This document shows, piece by piece, positions 28,579 to 37,491 of a stretch of 64,000 nt of DNA; position 1 is the first letter of the stretch; every line of letters starts with the position of its first letter. The DNA is taken from positions 16,853 through 80,852 of the forward strand of contig CAZLED010000002.1 in NCBI GenBank assembly GCA_964558485.1, in the 5' to 3' direction. Both the position numbers and the translations under genes were made by a program. Source of the DNA: an uncultured Ruminococcus sp. Its GTDB lineage: Bacteria; Bacillota; Clostridia; Oscillospirales; CAG-272. The notes under the pieces were generated by a model. That model ran no database searches and was not told the origin of the DNA. It saw nothing but the letters and a program-made list of their open reading frames with translations.

Positions 28579-30054
28579 TTACTTTTCGAAAAACATATCC
28601 CGTACCTTTTCGTAGTGGCTCATGACGGTGTTTTCCTTTTGCGCCACGTAGGTCGGCAGTGCGGTGCTGCCCTTCAGGATCTCGGCGGTCTTATATACGA
28701 ATCCGTTGAAGGCGTCGTACACGAAGCTGAAGTCCAGGCTGCGGCCGTTGAGCACCAGGTCGATCATGGCAATGGACGCTTCGTCACGGGCGCCCTTGTA
28801 TTTCAGCACCACATCGTAATACTGGGGCTGTACGGTCTTCCAGGTCTCGGCCGACAGTGCGGCAAACATGGTCCCCACCAGCTCATCTCGCATAGCGGTC
28901 AGCGGAATGGCAGAGGAGCTATAGGAGCCGCCGGCCACGGTATAGTAGCTGTCCTGTTCCTCGTTATACTTCGGATAGGGAATGATACCGTAGTCAAAGT
29001 CGCAGTCTTCCCGATACACCGTCACAGATTCGCCCAGCACGCCGGTGACGAAAATGGCAGATTGGCTGATGAACGTATCCTGGTAGCCGATGGTATCCGT
29101 GGTCACGTTATAGGAGCCTTGGCTGCCGTACAGCAGTGTCTTCAGCTTTTCAATGGCATCCACAGAGCGTTCGCTGGTGCCAAAGAGCAGGGTGATCTCG
29201 CCGGTCTGGGACATCTCCATGACGTCCAGATCGAAGGAGTACAGGTAGGCCACGGTGGAGTTGGTCTTTTCGCCGGAGAAGCCGTACAGGTCCCCGTTGC
29301 CCACCACGCCGTCGCCGTTCAGATCCTGGTACACGGACGCCACGTTCTGCAGCAGGTAATCGATGGTCCAGCGGCCTTCGTTGACCACCGTATAGGGATC
29401 CTCCATGCCGTTGTCTGCGATCAGGTCCTTGTTGAAGAAGTAGCAATAGGTGTTGGAGGACAGGGACAGACAGATGTCGCTGGGGATCAGGAACATCTTG
29501 TTGTTGATGGTCAGATTGCCCACAGCCACCTGGGGATACCAGGGCTTGCTGAAATCGATATTCAGTTCCTTGGCGTTGCGAAAAATGCCCTGAACCGCAT
29601 ATTTGCCGGTGTACATGGTGTGTCCCATGTAGAGGTCGTATTCATCGTTGCCGGCCAGAACAGAGTTTTTGATGTCCATGGCAAGCTGCTCCTCGGCGCC
29701 TACGTTGTGGACGATCTTGGCATTGAACCGATCCTCCACGTTCATGTTCCGGTTGTAGACGGCATCGTTCAGCACGTCCCCGGTCAGCTCCTCCACGTAC
29801 TGGAATTCCGCATACCGCTCCTGGTACAGCATCCGGTAGTCCTCGCCACCGAAGTCGTGTTCGCCCAGACCATCGTCGATGCGCTTCCGGGCTTCCAGGG
29901 AGTCGGTCTCTTCTTCGGTTTCTGTGGCAGCAGGCGTGGTATCGGCGGTGGTGACTGCTGTGGTTTCGTTTTCCGTCTGTCCGCACGCCGCAAAGGACGT
30001 GGAGACCAGCAGTGCTGCAAGCAGCAAAATGAGGCTGTGTTTTCCGTTTTTCAT
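28579..30054 (-). CDS. Extracellular solute-binding lipoprotein, paralogue 3 of 5
   Basis: From ORF 28579..30174, with the start moved to MKNGKHSLILLL (ATG 30054, AAGGAGCACCTGT upstream). Lipobox SFAACGQ. Shared blocks FSKPWY, DLNGDGVVGNGD, DFDYGIIPYPKY. Confidence 0.85.
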   Translation of the reverse strand: MKNGKHSLILLLAALLVSTSFAACGQTENETTAVTTADTTPAATETEEETDSLEARKRIDDGLGEHDFGGEDYRMLYQERYAEFQYVEELTGDVLNDAVYNRNMNVEDRFNAKIVHNVGAEEQLAMDIKNSVLAGNDEYDLYMGHTMYTGKYAVQGIFRNAKELNIDFSKPWYPQVAVGNLTINNKMFLIPSDICLSLSSNTYCYFFNKDLIADNGMEDPYTVVNEGRWTIDYLLQNVASVYQDLNGDGVVGNGDLYGFSGEKTNSTVAYLYSFDLDVMEMSQTGEITLLFGTSERSVDAIEKLKTLLYGSQGSYNVTTDTIGYQDTFISQSAIFVTGVLGESVTVYREDCDFDYGIIPYPKYNEEQDSYYTVAGGSYSSSAIPLTAMRDELVGTMFAALSAETWKTVQPQYYDVVLKYKGARDEASIAMIDLVLNGRSLDFSFVYDAFNGFVYKTAEILKGSTALPTYVAQKENTVMSHYEKVRDMFFEK

Positions 30055-30127
30055 ACAGGTGCTCCTTTTGGGAAAGATGATATGGATACGACAAGAAGGC
30101 AGGCGGCTTACCACGGGTTTTTGCATA

Positions 30128-31243
30128 TTAAGGGTTTTCCGGATGCGGTGTATCTCCGATGAGACCGGCGTCATCCTGAGGTCGCATGGTATTCTTACTA
30201 TGCCATTTTTCCAGCACAGTCTCCACCTGCCGGATCAGCTGCGCTTTGTCTGGCATGTATAGCACATAGCGAGATGCAAAAATGTTGTTGGACAAACCAC
30301 CCAAGGCGTATTCCGCTGTAATGCTGTCCTTGTCAGTACAGAGAATGATGCCGATAGGAGGATTGTCGTTCGCATCGTTCACCTCTGATGCATAATAGTT
30401 CAGATACATATTGATCTGCCCGGCAGCTTCCGGCGTCAACTTTGTTGTTTTCAGCTCGATCAGCACGTAGGCACGAAGGATCTTATTATAAAATACCATG
30501 TCTACATAGTAATGGGTGTTGTGTAGCGTTACCCGTTGCTGTGTGCCCACGAACATAAAACCACGTCCCAGTTCCAGCAGAAACTTCTCGATTTGCTGTA
30601 CCAATGCCCGTTCCAGATCACTTTCTAAGAAAGGTCTATCCTCGGGCAGACCCAGAAATTCAAATACATACGGATCCCGGATCATGTCCACTGGCGTAGA
30701 AATTTCATTGCCGTGCAGTGCCAAGGATAGTACCTGTTCTTTGTTTGAATCTCCACGGGACAAAAGCAGACGTTCAAATAAGGAGCTGTCGATCTGCCGT
30801 TTCAACTCCCGTACGGACCAGTTTGCCTGGATCGCTTCTTTTTCGTAAAAGCTGCGTCGGTCTGCATCAGAGATGGACAAAAGCTCACAGTAATGCGACC
30901 AACTCAATTTGCCAGACACTGTCTGGCATTTCGAATAGGTCAAATAGAATTGTCGCATATATTGCAGATTGGCTCTTGAGAATCCTTTGCCAAATTCCTG
31001 CGTCAAAGCTTTGGAAAGGGCCTTTAGGGTTTGCTTGCCGTAGTCGGCCCGTTCCGGACAGGTCTGTTCATGCTCACAGATAATGCGGCCGATATGCCAA
31101 TAGGTATGCAAAAGCTCGTGATTGACCTGCCGAGCCACATTGCTGCGTGCCGCAAGCAAAAGGCTTCCGATCTCCTGCACGATAGAGGTGATCTCTTCTG
31201 TAGGTTCTGAATGCTTATATTCCAAATGTGTACTGCCTTTCAT
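30128..31243 (-). CDS. YhcG-like PDDEXK nuclease domain protein (DUF1016)
   Basis: From ORF 30128..31300, with the start moved to MKGSTHLEYK (ATG 31243). N-terminal helical YhcG domain (LLHTYWHIGRII), then the nuclease core YYVDMVFYNKILRAYVLIELKTTKL (D...E-L-K). Confidence 0.8.
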   Translation of the reverse strand: MKGSTHLEYKHSEPTEEITSIVQEIGSLLLAARSNVARQVNHELLHTYWHIGRIICEHEQTCPERADYGKQTLKALSKALTQEFGKGFSRANLQYMRQFYLTYSKCQTVSGKLSWSHYCELLSISDADRRSFYEKEAIQANWSVRELKRQIDSSLFERLLLSRGDSNKEQVLSLALHGNEISTPVDMIRDPYVFEFLGLPEDRPFLESDLERALVQQIEKFLLELGRGFMFVGTQQRVTLHNTHYYVDMVFYNKILRAYVLIELKTTKLTPEAAGQINMYLNYYASEVNDANDNPPIGIILCTDKDSITAEYALGGLSNNIFASRYVLYMPDKAQLIRQVETVLEKWHSKNTMRPQDDAGLIGDTPHPENP

Positions 31244-31400
31244 CGGGTACTTTTCTAAGGCACCACCGCACAGTTCACGGCTAACGCCTTGATGGCACAT
31301 CTGCTTGCATCTTTTCGGCGCATCTGTACCATCAGAACTGTGCGGTGTCGCCTTCAGTGAAAATGGCGGCGTTATCTGCCCACGGATTTTCTTGCTTCCC

Positions 31401-32361
31401 TTACGAATTCAGCTTGTTGAAGCCGTCCAGCACTTCCTGCAGTGCGGTTTCCTGTGCGACCTTGTTGGAGGCAAGGAAGGAGGCGATGCTTTCGTTGCCC
31501 TTGCCCATTTCGGCATACAGGGCGTCACTGAACTTGGTGCCCACGATCTTGATCACGTAGGAGATGCTGTCGTGGATCAGGTCCAGCATAGCGGCGGATT
31601 CCTCGTCCCGTGCGGACTTGCCCTTCAGCATGGTGTCAAAGTAGGCCGGCAGCAGCTCCACACTGGAGTAATACGCCATTTCCTCCATGACCGTGCCGGC
31701 AAAGGTTTGGTCGCCAACGGTCACCGGTACAAGCAGTGCATGGGCATTGGGGCTGACGTTCCAGTATTTCTCCTGATCGACGCTGTACTTGGGAGAGGGC
31801 AGGATACCAAAGTCCGTGTCCATTTCCCGCATAGCAGCCGTGCTGGCCAGTGTACCGCCAAGCCTTGGTCAGGTCGATGGCAGGCATATCGTACAGGTCG
31901 ATGCAGTAGTTCTGTACCACCAGGCTCATGATGTTGGTCAGATCCACAAAGGTCATATGGGCAAAATCGTCCCCGGCTGCGATGTTGGATTTGATCTGGG
32001 ACAGGGTGCCTTCGTTGACGGTGATCACACAGCCCAGCTTTTCCTCCGTGCTGACACAGCGGTTGTACATGGCATCGTTCAGGGCATCCCCGGTGGTCTC
32101 CTCCGGATAGATGGCGGTGCTGACGTATTTGCCTTCGTTGTAGTAGCCGTTCAGGATCACATATTCCTGTCCGTTAAAATTGTCTGTGAACGCCGGCGGT
32201 ACACGAGTGGGATCGGTGGTTTCGACCGGTGCGGTGTCCTCCGTGCCCACTTGTTCGCCATTTGACGAATGCGTTTCCTTGGTGTCGCTTTCTCCGCAGG
32301 ACGGCAGAACGGAAGCACAGAGCAGTGCTGCCAAAAGTAATGGAAGGATATGTTTTTTCAT
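31401..32361 (-). pseudogene. Solute-binding lipoprotein paralogue 4 of 5, inactivated by an internal deletion plus frameshift
   Basis: The N-terminal part (MKKHILPLLLAALLCASVLPSCG ... AIDLTKAW) ends near 31869. The C-terminal part (GTLASTAAMREMDTDFGILPSPKY ... to the stop at 31401) resumes in another frame near 31866. Comparison with paralogue 3 puts about 160 codons, including the DGDG loop, as missing. Confidence 0.75.
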
Positions 32362-32743
32362 ACGAGATACTCCTTTTTCACCCAATGGGTCTGATTATAA
32401 AATACAGAGATAGAATAGCACATTCTCATGAACCGGAAAACGGATAGCGATGAACAAATTGTAAACATTGGGAGACTATCGTGTAGAAAAAACGCCGATC
32501 CCACAGAACCGACGCTTTCGGAAAATAGTTGCGATGGATAGCCGTGATCGTTGGGGAATAAAGGGCCTTGGTCTTCGTGGCAGCGTGGACGGTCTGTGCA
32601 AGTACCAGTGGTGATGCTCTATCGGAATGGTGCATAGGATGTCGCCTGCGTTGGGAAAACTACAGCAGGATGGCAGGGTACACAAAAGTTGGCTGGGAAA
32701 GGGGAACGCCCGCTTTTCCTATGACAGATTGCTGCATATTGGC

Positions 32744-32772
32744 TTGACGAAACCGGAAAAGCATGCTATAAT
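32744..32772 (+). promoter_or_regulatory. Near-consensus sigma-70 promoter of the ATPase/small-protein pair
   Basis: TTGACG (32744-32749), 17-nt spacer ending TGC (extended -10), TATAAT (32767-32772). Followed by a ~65-nt leader and SD AGAGGT. Confidence 0.65.
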
Positions 32773-32844
32773 ACTGATACTGCAAGGACGGGGGAACAAT
32801 ATAGCTGCGACCGAAAGAACGAGTTTAGAAAAAGAGGTACTGCC

Positions 32845-33870
32845 ATGCGATATGGAATAGATTCGCTTCAACTTGCCAATTTTGGACAGATCGGCACTGC
32901 TGCGTTTGACCATTTTTCCGGCATCAATCTGATCATTGGCGAGAACGGGACCGGAAAGACCTGCCTTTTGAAGGCCTTATATGCAGCAGTCCGTTCTATG
33001 GAAGAATATGAGCGGGGAGACGATGTGCGTTCTATTGGAGAGATCTTAGCCGAGAAACTGCGCTGGACCTTCCAGGTGGAGAAATTAGGAGATCTTGTGA
33101 CCAAAGGAGCTGCCGAGCCGCTGCAATTTTCCATGACGATGCGGGAGCAGAAATTTGTCTATCAGTTTGGGCAGGACTGCACCCGAAAGCTGACCAATAT
33201 ACAGCCGGTACAGCCAAAGGGTGGGAATTCTGTCTGCATCCCGGCGAAAGAGGTACTGTCGCTGTTTCCAGTCATTTTGAAATCCAGGGACGTAGATCGA
33301 TCCTTTGGCTTTGACGATACGTACTATGACCTTGCCCGTGCCTTACAAATACCGCCGACCCGTGGAAAAAACTATTCTGCCTTTTCCCAGTCCAGAAAGC
33401 TTGTGGCCGATGTGATCGATGGCAAGGTGGACTACGATACCGAAACAGGAAAATGGTTTTACAAAAACAGCCGGAACCAGAAATTTTCCATTGGGGCAAC
33501 GTCTGAGGGGGTCAAAAAGATCGCCATTATGGACAGGCTATTGGCAAACGGTTACTTAGACAAAAATTCGATCCTGTTCATCGATGAGCTCGAATCTGCT
33601 CTACACCCGGAGGCGATATGTAAATTTCTCGATATGATCGATACCATTTCTCGAAATATGGGCATCCAATTCTTTATCACGAGCCATTCCTATTTTGTGA
33701 TCAAAAAGCTGTATCTGCTTGCTCTGCAAAACGGTGGAAATGTCACCTGTATTTCTTTGAGCAAAGGAAATGCACCTGTGCTCTCCGATATGTCCCTTGG
33801 AATGCCAAAAAACTCCATCATAGATACCTCCATTCGCCTGTATGAGGAAGAGATCGATGAGGTACTGTGA
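32845..33870 (+). CDS. Soluble ABC/SMC-like ATPase (AAA_21 / COG1106-type)
   Basis: 341 aa. Walker A GENGTGKT near the N-terminus. Signature-like TSEGVKK, Walker B ILFIDELESALH and H-loop FFITSHS in the C-terminal third. No TM or substrate-binding domains. Confidence 0.8.
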   Translation: MRYGIDSLQLANFGQIGTAAFDHFSGINLIIGENGTGKTCLLKALYAAVRSMEEYERGDDVRSIGEILAEKLRWTFQVEKLGDLVTKGAAEPLQFSMTMREQKFVYQFGQDCTRKLTNIQPVQPKGGNSVCIPAKEVLSLFPVILKSRDVDRSFGFDDTYYDLARALQIPPTRGKNYSAFSQSRKLVADVIDGKVDYDTETGKWFYKNSRNQKFSIGATSEGVKKIAIMDRLLANGYLDKNSILFIDELESALHPEAICKFLDMIDTISRNMGIQFFITSHSYFVIKKLYLLALQNGGNVTCISLSKGNAPVLSDMSLGMPKNSIIDTSIRLYEEEIDEVL

Positions 33871-34400
33871 TGCAGAAGAAGATCATCATAGAATCGGGGA
33901 TGCAGTTTGGTCCATACGACAGGGACGATCTGTTTTCTATAGAGAAGAGCGACCAATATCTATCCTGTGATACGAAATCTGTATGTTCGTGCGAGTTTTT
34001 GCTGCGACACAAAGGGAAGCTGCTGTTTGTGGAAGCGAAGACCTCCTGTCCCAATTATGAAGGGAAGGATGCCTCTGCGGAAAAGAAAAAGAAATATGAT
34101 GCGTATGTTGACGAGATCACCAAAAAGATGCGGCATTCCCTCATGTTGTACGGTGCGATGCTGGCAGGTCGTCACACTATGGAAACGGTCGGCGAAAACA
34201 TCGTTAGATTGGATATGGCAAAAACAGAGATCGTCCTTGTGTTGGTCGTAAAGGATGCAGAAGCATCGTGGCTGGTTCCCTATGTGGATGTATTTCGAGA
34301 AAAGCTGCGTCCGGAGATGTGTATGTGGCATATTCGTTCCTTCATGGTGATAAACGAAGCTGCTGCCATACGTCGTGGACTCACAGAAGTACAACCATAA
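33870..34400 (+). CDS. 176-aa protein of unknown family; putative PD-(D/E)xK-fold nuclease
   Basis: The ATG overlaps the ATPase stop (TGATG at 33868-33872), with GAGGT 8 nt upstream. The motif SCEFLLRHKGKLLFVEAKTS fits the pattern of an acidic residue, a beta-hairpin, then E-x-K. The ORF track lists it from a GTG at 33867. Confidence 0.6.
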   Translation: MQKKIIIESGMQFGPYDRDDLFSIEKSDQYLSCDTKSVCSCEFLLRHKGKLLFVEAKTSCPNYEGKDASAEKKKKYDAYVDEITKKMRHSLMLYGAMLAGRHTMETVGENIVRLDMAKTEIVLVLVVKDAEASWLVPYVDVFREKLRPEMCMWHIRSFMVINEAAAIRRGLTEVQP

Positions 34401-34543
34401 AAAAATTTACACAAAATCCCATTTTTTCGCAGACCGGGGATGTACAAACGGGAAAAAATATGGTATACTAATTCCGTACCTGTGCATCCTCTCTTTTTGT
34501 GCGGTTACACAGGTACGTATGTCAAACGATAAGGAAACAAAAC

Positions 34544-34948
34544 ATGATAGAAAAATGCATGGAAGGGAAGGATCCCTTTCAGATGTCGGCGGCTTCTCTG
34601 GCGTACCTGGGAGATGCTGTCTACGAGATCCAGGTGCGTACCGCTCTGGTGGCAGCCGGTGTGCAGCGTCCCAGCGTAGCCTCGCTCCGGTACGTGACCG
34701 CCACGGCCCAGTGTCAGGTGGTGGACAAGCTTCTGCCACACCTGAATGAGAAAGAAGCGGACATCTATCGCCGGGGCCGGAACTGCGTCCACAATATGCC
34801 ACCGAAAAGCTGCACCATGGCAGAATACCGTCGGGCCACGGGACTGGAAGCACTGTTTGGCTACCTGTGGCTTTGTGGTGATACCGCACGGCTGGCAGAG
34901 CTCTGCAGCATTGGTTTTGCCGGGACAGAGCTGGCTTTGGAAACCTGA
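34544..34948 (+). CDS. mrnC: Mini-ribonuclease III
   Basis: Start moved to MIEKCMEG (ATG 34544). Contains LAYLGDAVYEIQVR, RRGRN and YRRATGLEALFGYLWL, matching the Mini-III blocks LAYIGDA..E..VR / RGRN / FEAL.GYL. Confidence 0.8.
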   Translation: MIEKCMEGKDPFQMSAASLAYLGDAVYEIQVRTALVAAGVQRPSVASLRYVTATAQCQVVDKLLPHLNEKEADIYRRGRNCVHNMPPKSCTMAEYRRATGLEALFGYLWLCGDTARLAELCSIGFAGTELALET

Positions 34949-35042
34949 ATACATTTACACAGGAAGACGATCCCGGAGAGAAAAACGGTCGCCTGTCCTG
35001 CGCACCTGCATCAAAATAACACTCGAATAGAGGGAGTAGAAT

Positions 35043-36236
35043 ATGAAATATATTGCCATTATCGGATTTGGCGTGGTCGGCGGTGGGATCGCTGCCGTGC
35101 TGGACGAAAACAAAGCGGCGATCCAGGCAGCCGTTGGAGAAGCGGTGGAGCTGAAATACATCCTGGATCTGCGGGATTTTCCGGATTCTCCCTATGGTGA
35201 CCGGGTGGTACATACCATCGATCCCATTGTGAACGACCCGGATGTGGCGCTGGTATGTGAGACCATGGGCGGCTCTCACCCGGCACTGGAATACACCCTG
35301 CAGCTGCTGTCTGCCGGCAAGAGCGTGGTCACCTCCAACAAAGAAGTGGTCGCCAACTTTGGAGACAAAATGCTGGCTTGTGCCGCAGAGCATGGGGTGA
35401 ACTACCTGTTTGAAGCCAGCGTAGGCGGTGGGATCCCGGTGCTCCGCAGTATGCTGACCTCTCTGGCCGGCGAAAATATCACCCGGATCGACGGTATCCT
35501 CAACGGTACCACCAACTATATCCTGACCCGTATGCGGGACGAAGGCAGCGACTACGAGACCGTTCTGGCAGACGCACAGAAGCTGGGCTACGCCGAACGG
35601 AATCCGGCTGCAGACGTGGACGGGATCGATGCCCAGCGGAAGATCATCATCCTGACCGCTCTGGCCACCGGGAAGCTGATCCCGTCCGAAAAGGTGTATG
35701 CAGAGACCATGCGCCACATTTCTGCGGCCGATATGGCAGGTGCGAAAAAGTGCGGTGGTGCCATCAAGCTCATTGGCTCTGCCCGGATCGGAGAGGGTGT
35801 ATCGCTGTTTGTGGCGCCCCGGATCGTGCCGGACACCTGTATGCTGTCCCACATCGACGACGTGTACAACGGGATCAGCGTGACCACCAATATGCTGGGA
35901 GACGTGCTGTACTACGGTCGTGGTGCCGGACGATTCCCCACGGCTTCGGCGGTAGTGGCAGACGTGTGCGGCGTCCTGTCCGGTGCAGCCATGCAGGAGA
36001 AGCGTCCTACCTTCACCGTGACCACCGAAGGCGTGGCAGACTTTGACACCATTCCCTTCACCTATTATGTTCGCTTTGCTGCACCTATCGCAGACAAAGA
36101 GCTGACCGCAATGGTGGACACGGCAGAAAAGCTGTCGGATACCGAATGGAAGCTCGGCCAGCTGTCGAAAACGGAACTGACAGCTCTGTGCCAGAAGCTG
36201 CAGGCCCAGCCGGAATCGATCATACGGATACTGTGA
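35043..36236 (+). CDS. hom: Homoserine dehydrogenase
   Basis: N-terminal IAIIGFGVVGGG Rossmann motif, catalytic-domain blocks (GILNGTTNYIL, GYAE.NP..DV.G.DA) and a C-terminal ACT-like tail. Confidence 0.9.
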   Translation: MKYIAIIGFGVVGGGIAAVLDENKAAIQAAVGEAVELKYILDLRDFPDSPYGDRVVHTIDPIVNDPDVALVCETMGGSHPALEYTLQLLSAGKSVVTSNKEVVANFGDKMLACAAEHGVNYLFEASVGGGIPVLRSMLTSLAGENITRIDGILNGTTNYILTRMRDEGSDYETVLADAQKLGYAERNPAADVDGIDAQRKIIILTALATGKLIPSEKVYAETMRHISAADMAGAKKCGGAIKLIGSARIGEGVSLFVAPRIVPDTCMLSHIDDVYNGISVTTNMLGDVLYYGRGAGRFPTASAVVADVCGVLSGAAMQEKRPTFTVTTEGVADFDTIPFTYYVRFAAPIADKELTAMVDTAEKLSDTEWKLGQLSKTELTALCQKLQAQPESIIRIL

Positions 36237-36237
36237 T

Positions 36238-36465
36238 AAGTCAGAAGTCAGAAATAAGAAGTCAGAAGTCGCTTTGCAAAGGCAGAGGTAAGAAGTCACT
36301 TCGGCAAGTCAGAAGTCCGGCTTAGGGATTTCGTACCCACAAAAAACAAAGGTATCACCGGTTACAACAGATGATACCTTTTTGATAAAAATAACAATCT
36401 CAGACTTCTGACTTTTCTACGACTTCAGACTTCTGACCTCTCTACGACATCTGACTTCTGCCTTC
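36238..36465. repeat. Cluster of GTCAGAAGT-motif copies in inverted arrangement around a terminator
   Basis: Forward copies (AAGTCAGAAGTC-like) begin at about 36238, 36256, 36290 and 36306. Reverse copies (GACTTCTGAC-like) begin at about 36400, 36421 and 36448. Same motif as the 28522-28567 palindrome. Confidence 0.75.
36348..36384 (+). terminator. Rho-independent terminator after hom
   Basis: AAAGGTATCA (36348-36357) pairs with TGATACCTTT (36372-36381), running into a T tract. Confidence 0.75.
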
Positions 36466-37314
36466 TCACTTTGCCCTGACGCCTGCCAATGCTGCGCCGA
36501 TGACGGTACCGAAGCGGGCGTTTTCCGGGATCTGGAAGCGCATATCGAACATGGTGTTCAGCGTATCGAATACTTCCTTGGCGTAAGCGACGCTGGTCAG
36601 GTTGCCGGTCAGGACCACGTCCTTGATCTGGTAGTTCCGGGCCGCAAAGATGGAGACCATACCGATGGTTTCGAAGACCATATTCAAAAGCCCCTTGGCG
36701 ATATCGTTTTTGTTTGCCATATCGCTGACCTTGCCGAAGTTGGAAGCGGTCATGGTGTCGCCGAAGCCGGGCACGATGTCGTTCCGGGAGATGTCCTTGA
36801 TTTTCAGGTCCACATTGGACAGGAAGCCGTTTTCCGCCATCTTTTCAATGTGCTGGATATTTTCCAGACCTAAAAGCTTTTTGGACAGTCCCATGAGCGT
36901 ACCACCGCCGACGCCGGTGCCGCCCAGGTAGAGCGGATCGCTGTCTCTGGTGGCATAGACCAAGGCTGTACCGGTGCCGCAGCTGGTGATGATGGCACGG
37001 TCCAGGCCGGAAAGATAGAGACCGCCCAGCCCATTGGCACGGAATTCTTCGATCCGTTCAAAGGGCAGGTCATAGATGGGTTTGGTGATGTAGGTGGAGC
37101 CCACACCGGTGATCATGACCTTTTCGATGTCCGAAAGCGCCAGATCGTTGTTTACAAGAAATTTACCGAATGCGCCATAGATCGACGTAATGGGGTCGGT
37201 CGCACGCACGAACAGAGGCGCAATGAGCTGCCACTGTCCTTCCTTTATACCAAAGCCGACGATCTTGGTGGTGCTGCCACCGACGTCGATGCCGATAACG
37301 ATACCTGATGCCAT
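36466..37314 (-). CDS. coaW: Type II pantothenate kinase
   Basis: 282 aa. GIDVGGSTTKIV, SCGTGTAL, GGTGVGGGTLMGLSKKLL, DLKIKDI...PGFGDTMTASNFG and RFGTVIGAAL parallel the staphylococcal CoaW blocks (GIDAGGTLIKIV, VGTGTSL, GGIGTGGGMIQGL, DLKVRHIY...GDLTAANFG, AFSGAIGAL). Confidence 0.75.
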   Translation of the reverse strand: MASGIVIGIDVGGSTTKIVGFGIKEGQWQLIAPLFVRATDPITSIYGAFGKFLVNNDLALSDIEKVMITGVGSTYITKPIYDLPFERIEEFRANGLGGLYLSGLDRAIITSCGTGTALVYATRDSDPLYLGGTGVGGGTLMGLSKKLLGLENIQHIEKMAENGFLSNVDLKIKDISRNDIVPGFGDTMTASNFGKVSDMANKNDIAKGLLNMVFETIGMVSIFAARNYQIKDVVLTGNLTSVAYAKEVFDTLNTMFDMRFQIPENARFGTVIGAALAGVRAK

Positions 37315-37349
37315 AACAATTTTTGATCCTTTCCCACAATGTATGGTTC

Positions 37350-37379
37350 AGTATACCACAGATGGGGGTCAGTTGTCAA
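37350..37379 (-). promoter_or_regulatory. Putative coaW promoter
   Basis: On the minus strand: TTGACA (37379-37374), 18-nt spacer ending TGG, TATACT (37355-37350). Confidence 0.55.
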
Positions 37380-37491
37380 GAGGGTGTGTTGGGGGTAAGG
37401 GAGTTTATACTCCCTTTCTGCGGAACCCCGGTGGCTTTCAACGGGCGTTGGGCTTGTGATTCCATGGAGTTCTCCATGAGCCTTGGTTTTT

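Larger units (their letters stand above)
30128..34400. other. AT-rich islet, probably horizontally acquired
   Basis: Hand counts of 60-nt stretches give 22/60 GC (30481-30540), 29/60 (33001-33060) and 24/60 (33601-33660). Flanking hom gives 36/60 (35401-35460). The islet interrupts a tandem pair of SBP paralogues, one of which is decayed. Confidence 0.5.

Noticed and set aside
33870-34400. Alternative reading of the small partner protein as a Toprim/RloB/DUF4276-like domain (N-terminal KKIIIESG strand, later VLVVKDAE).
   Set aside because: Not fully rejected, but ranked below PD-(D/E)xK. The canonical E-G and D-x-D Toprim motifs are only loosely matched, whereas the hairpin-E-x-K motif is a close fit. 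Structure prediction is needed to decide.
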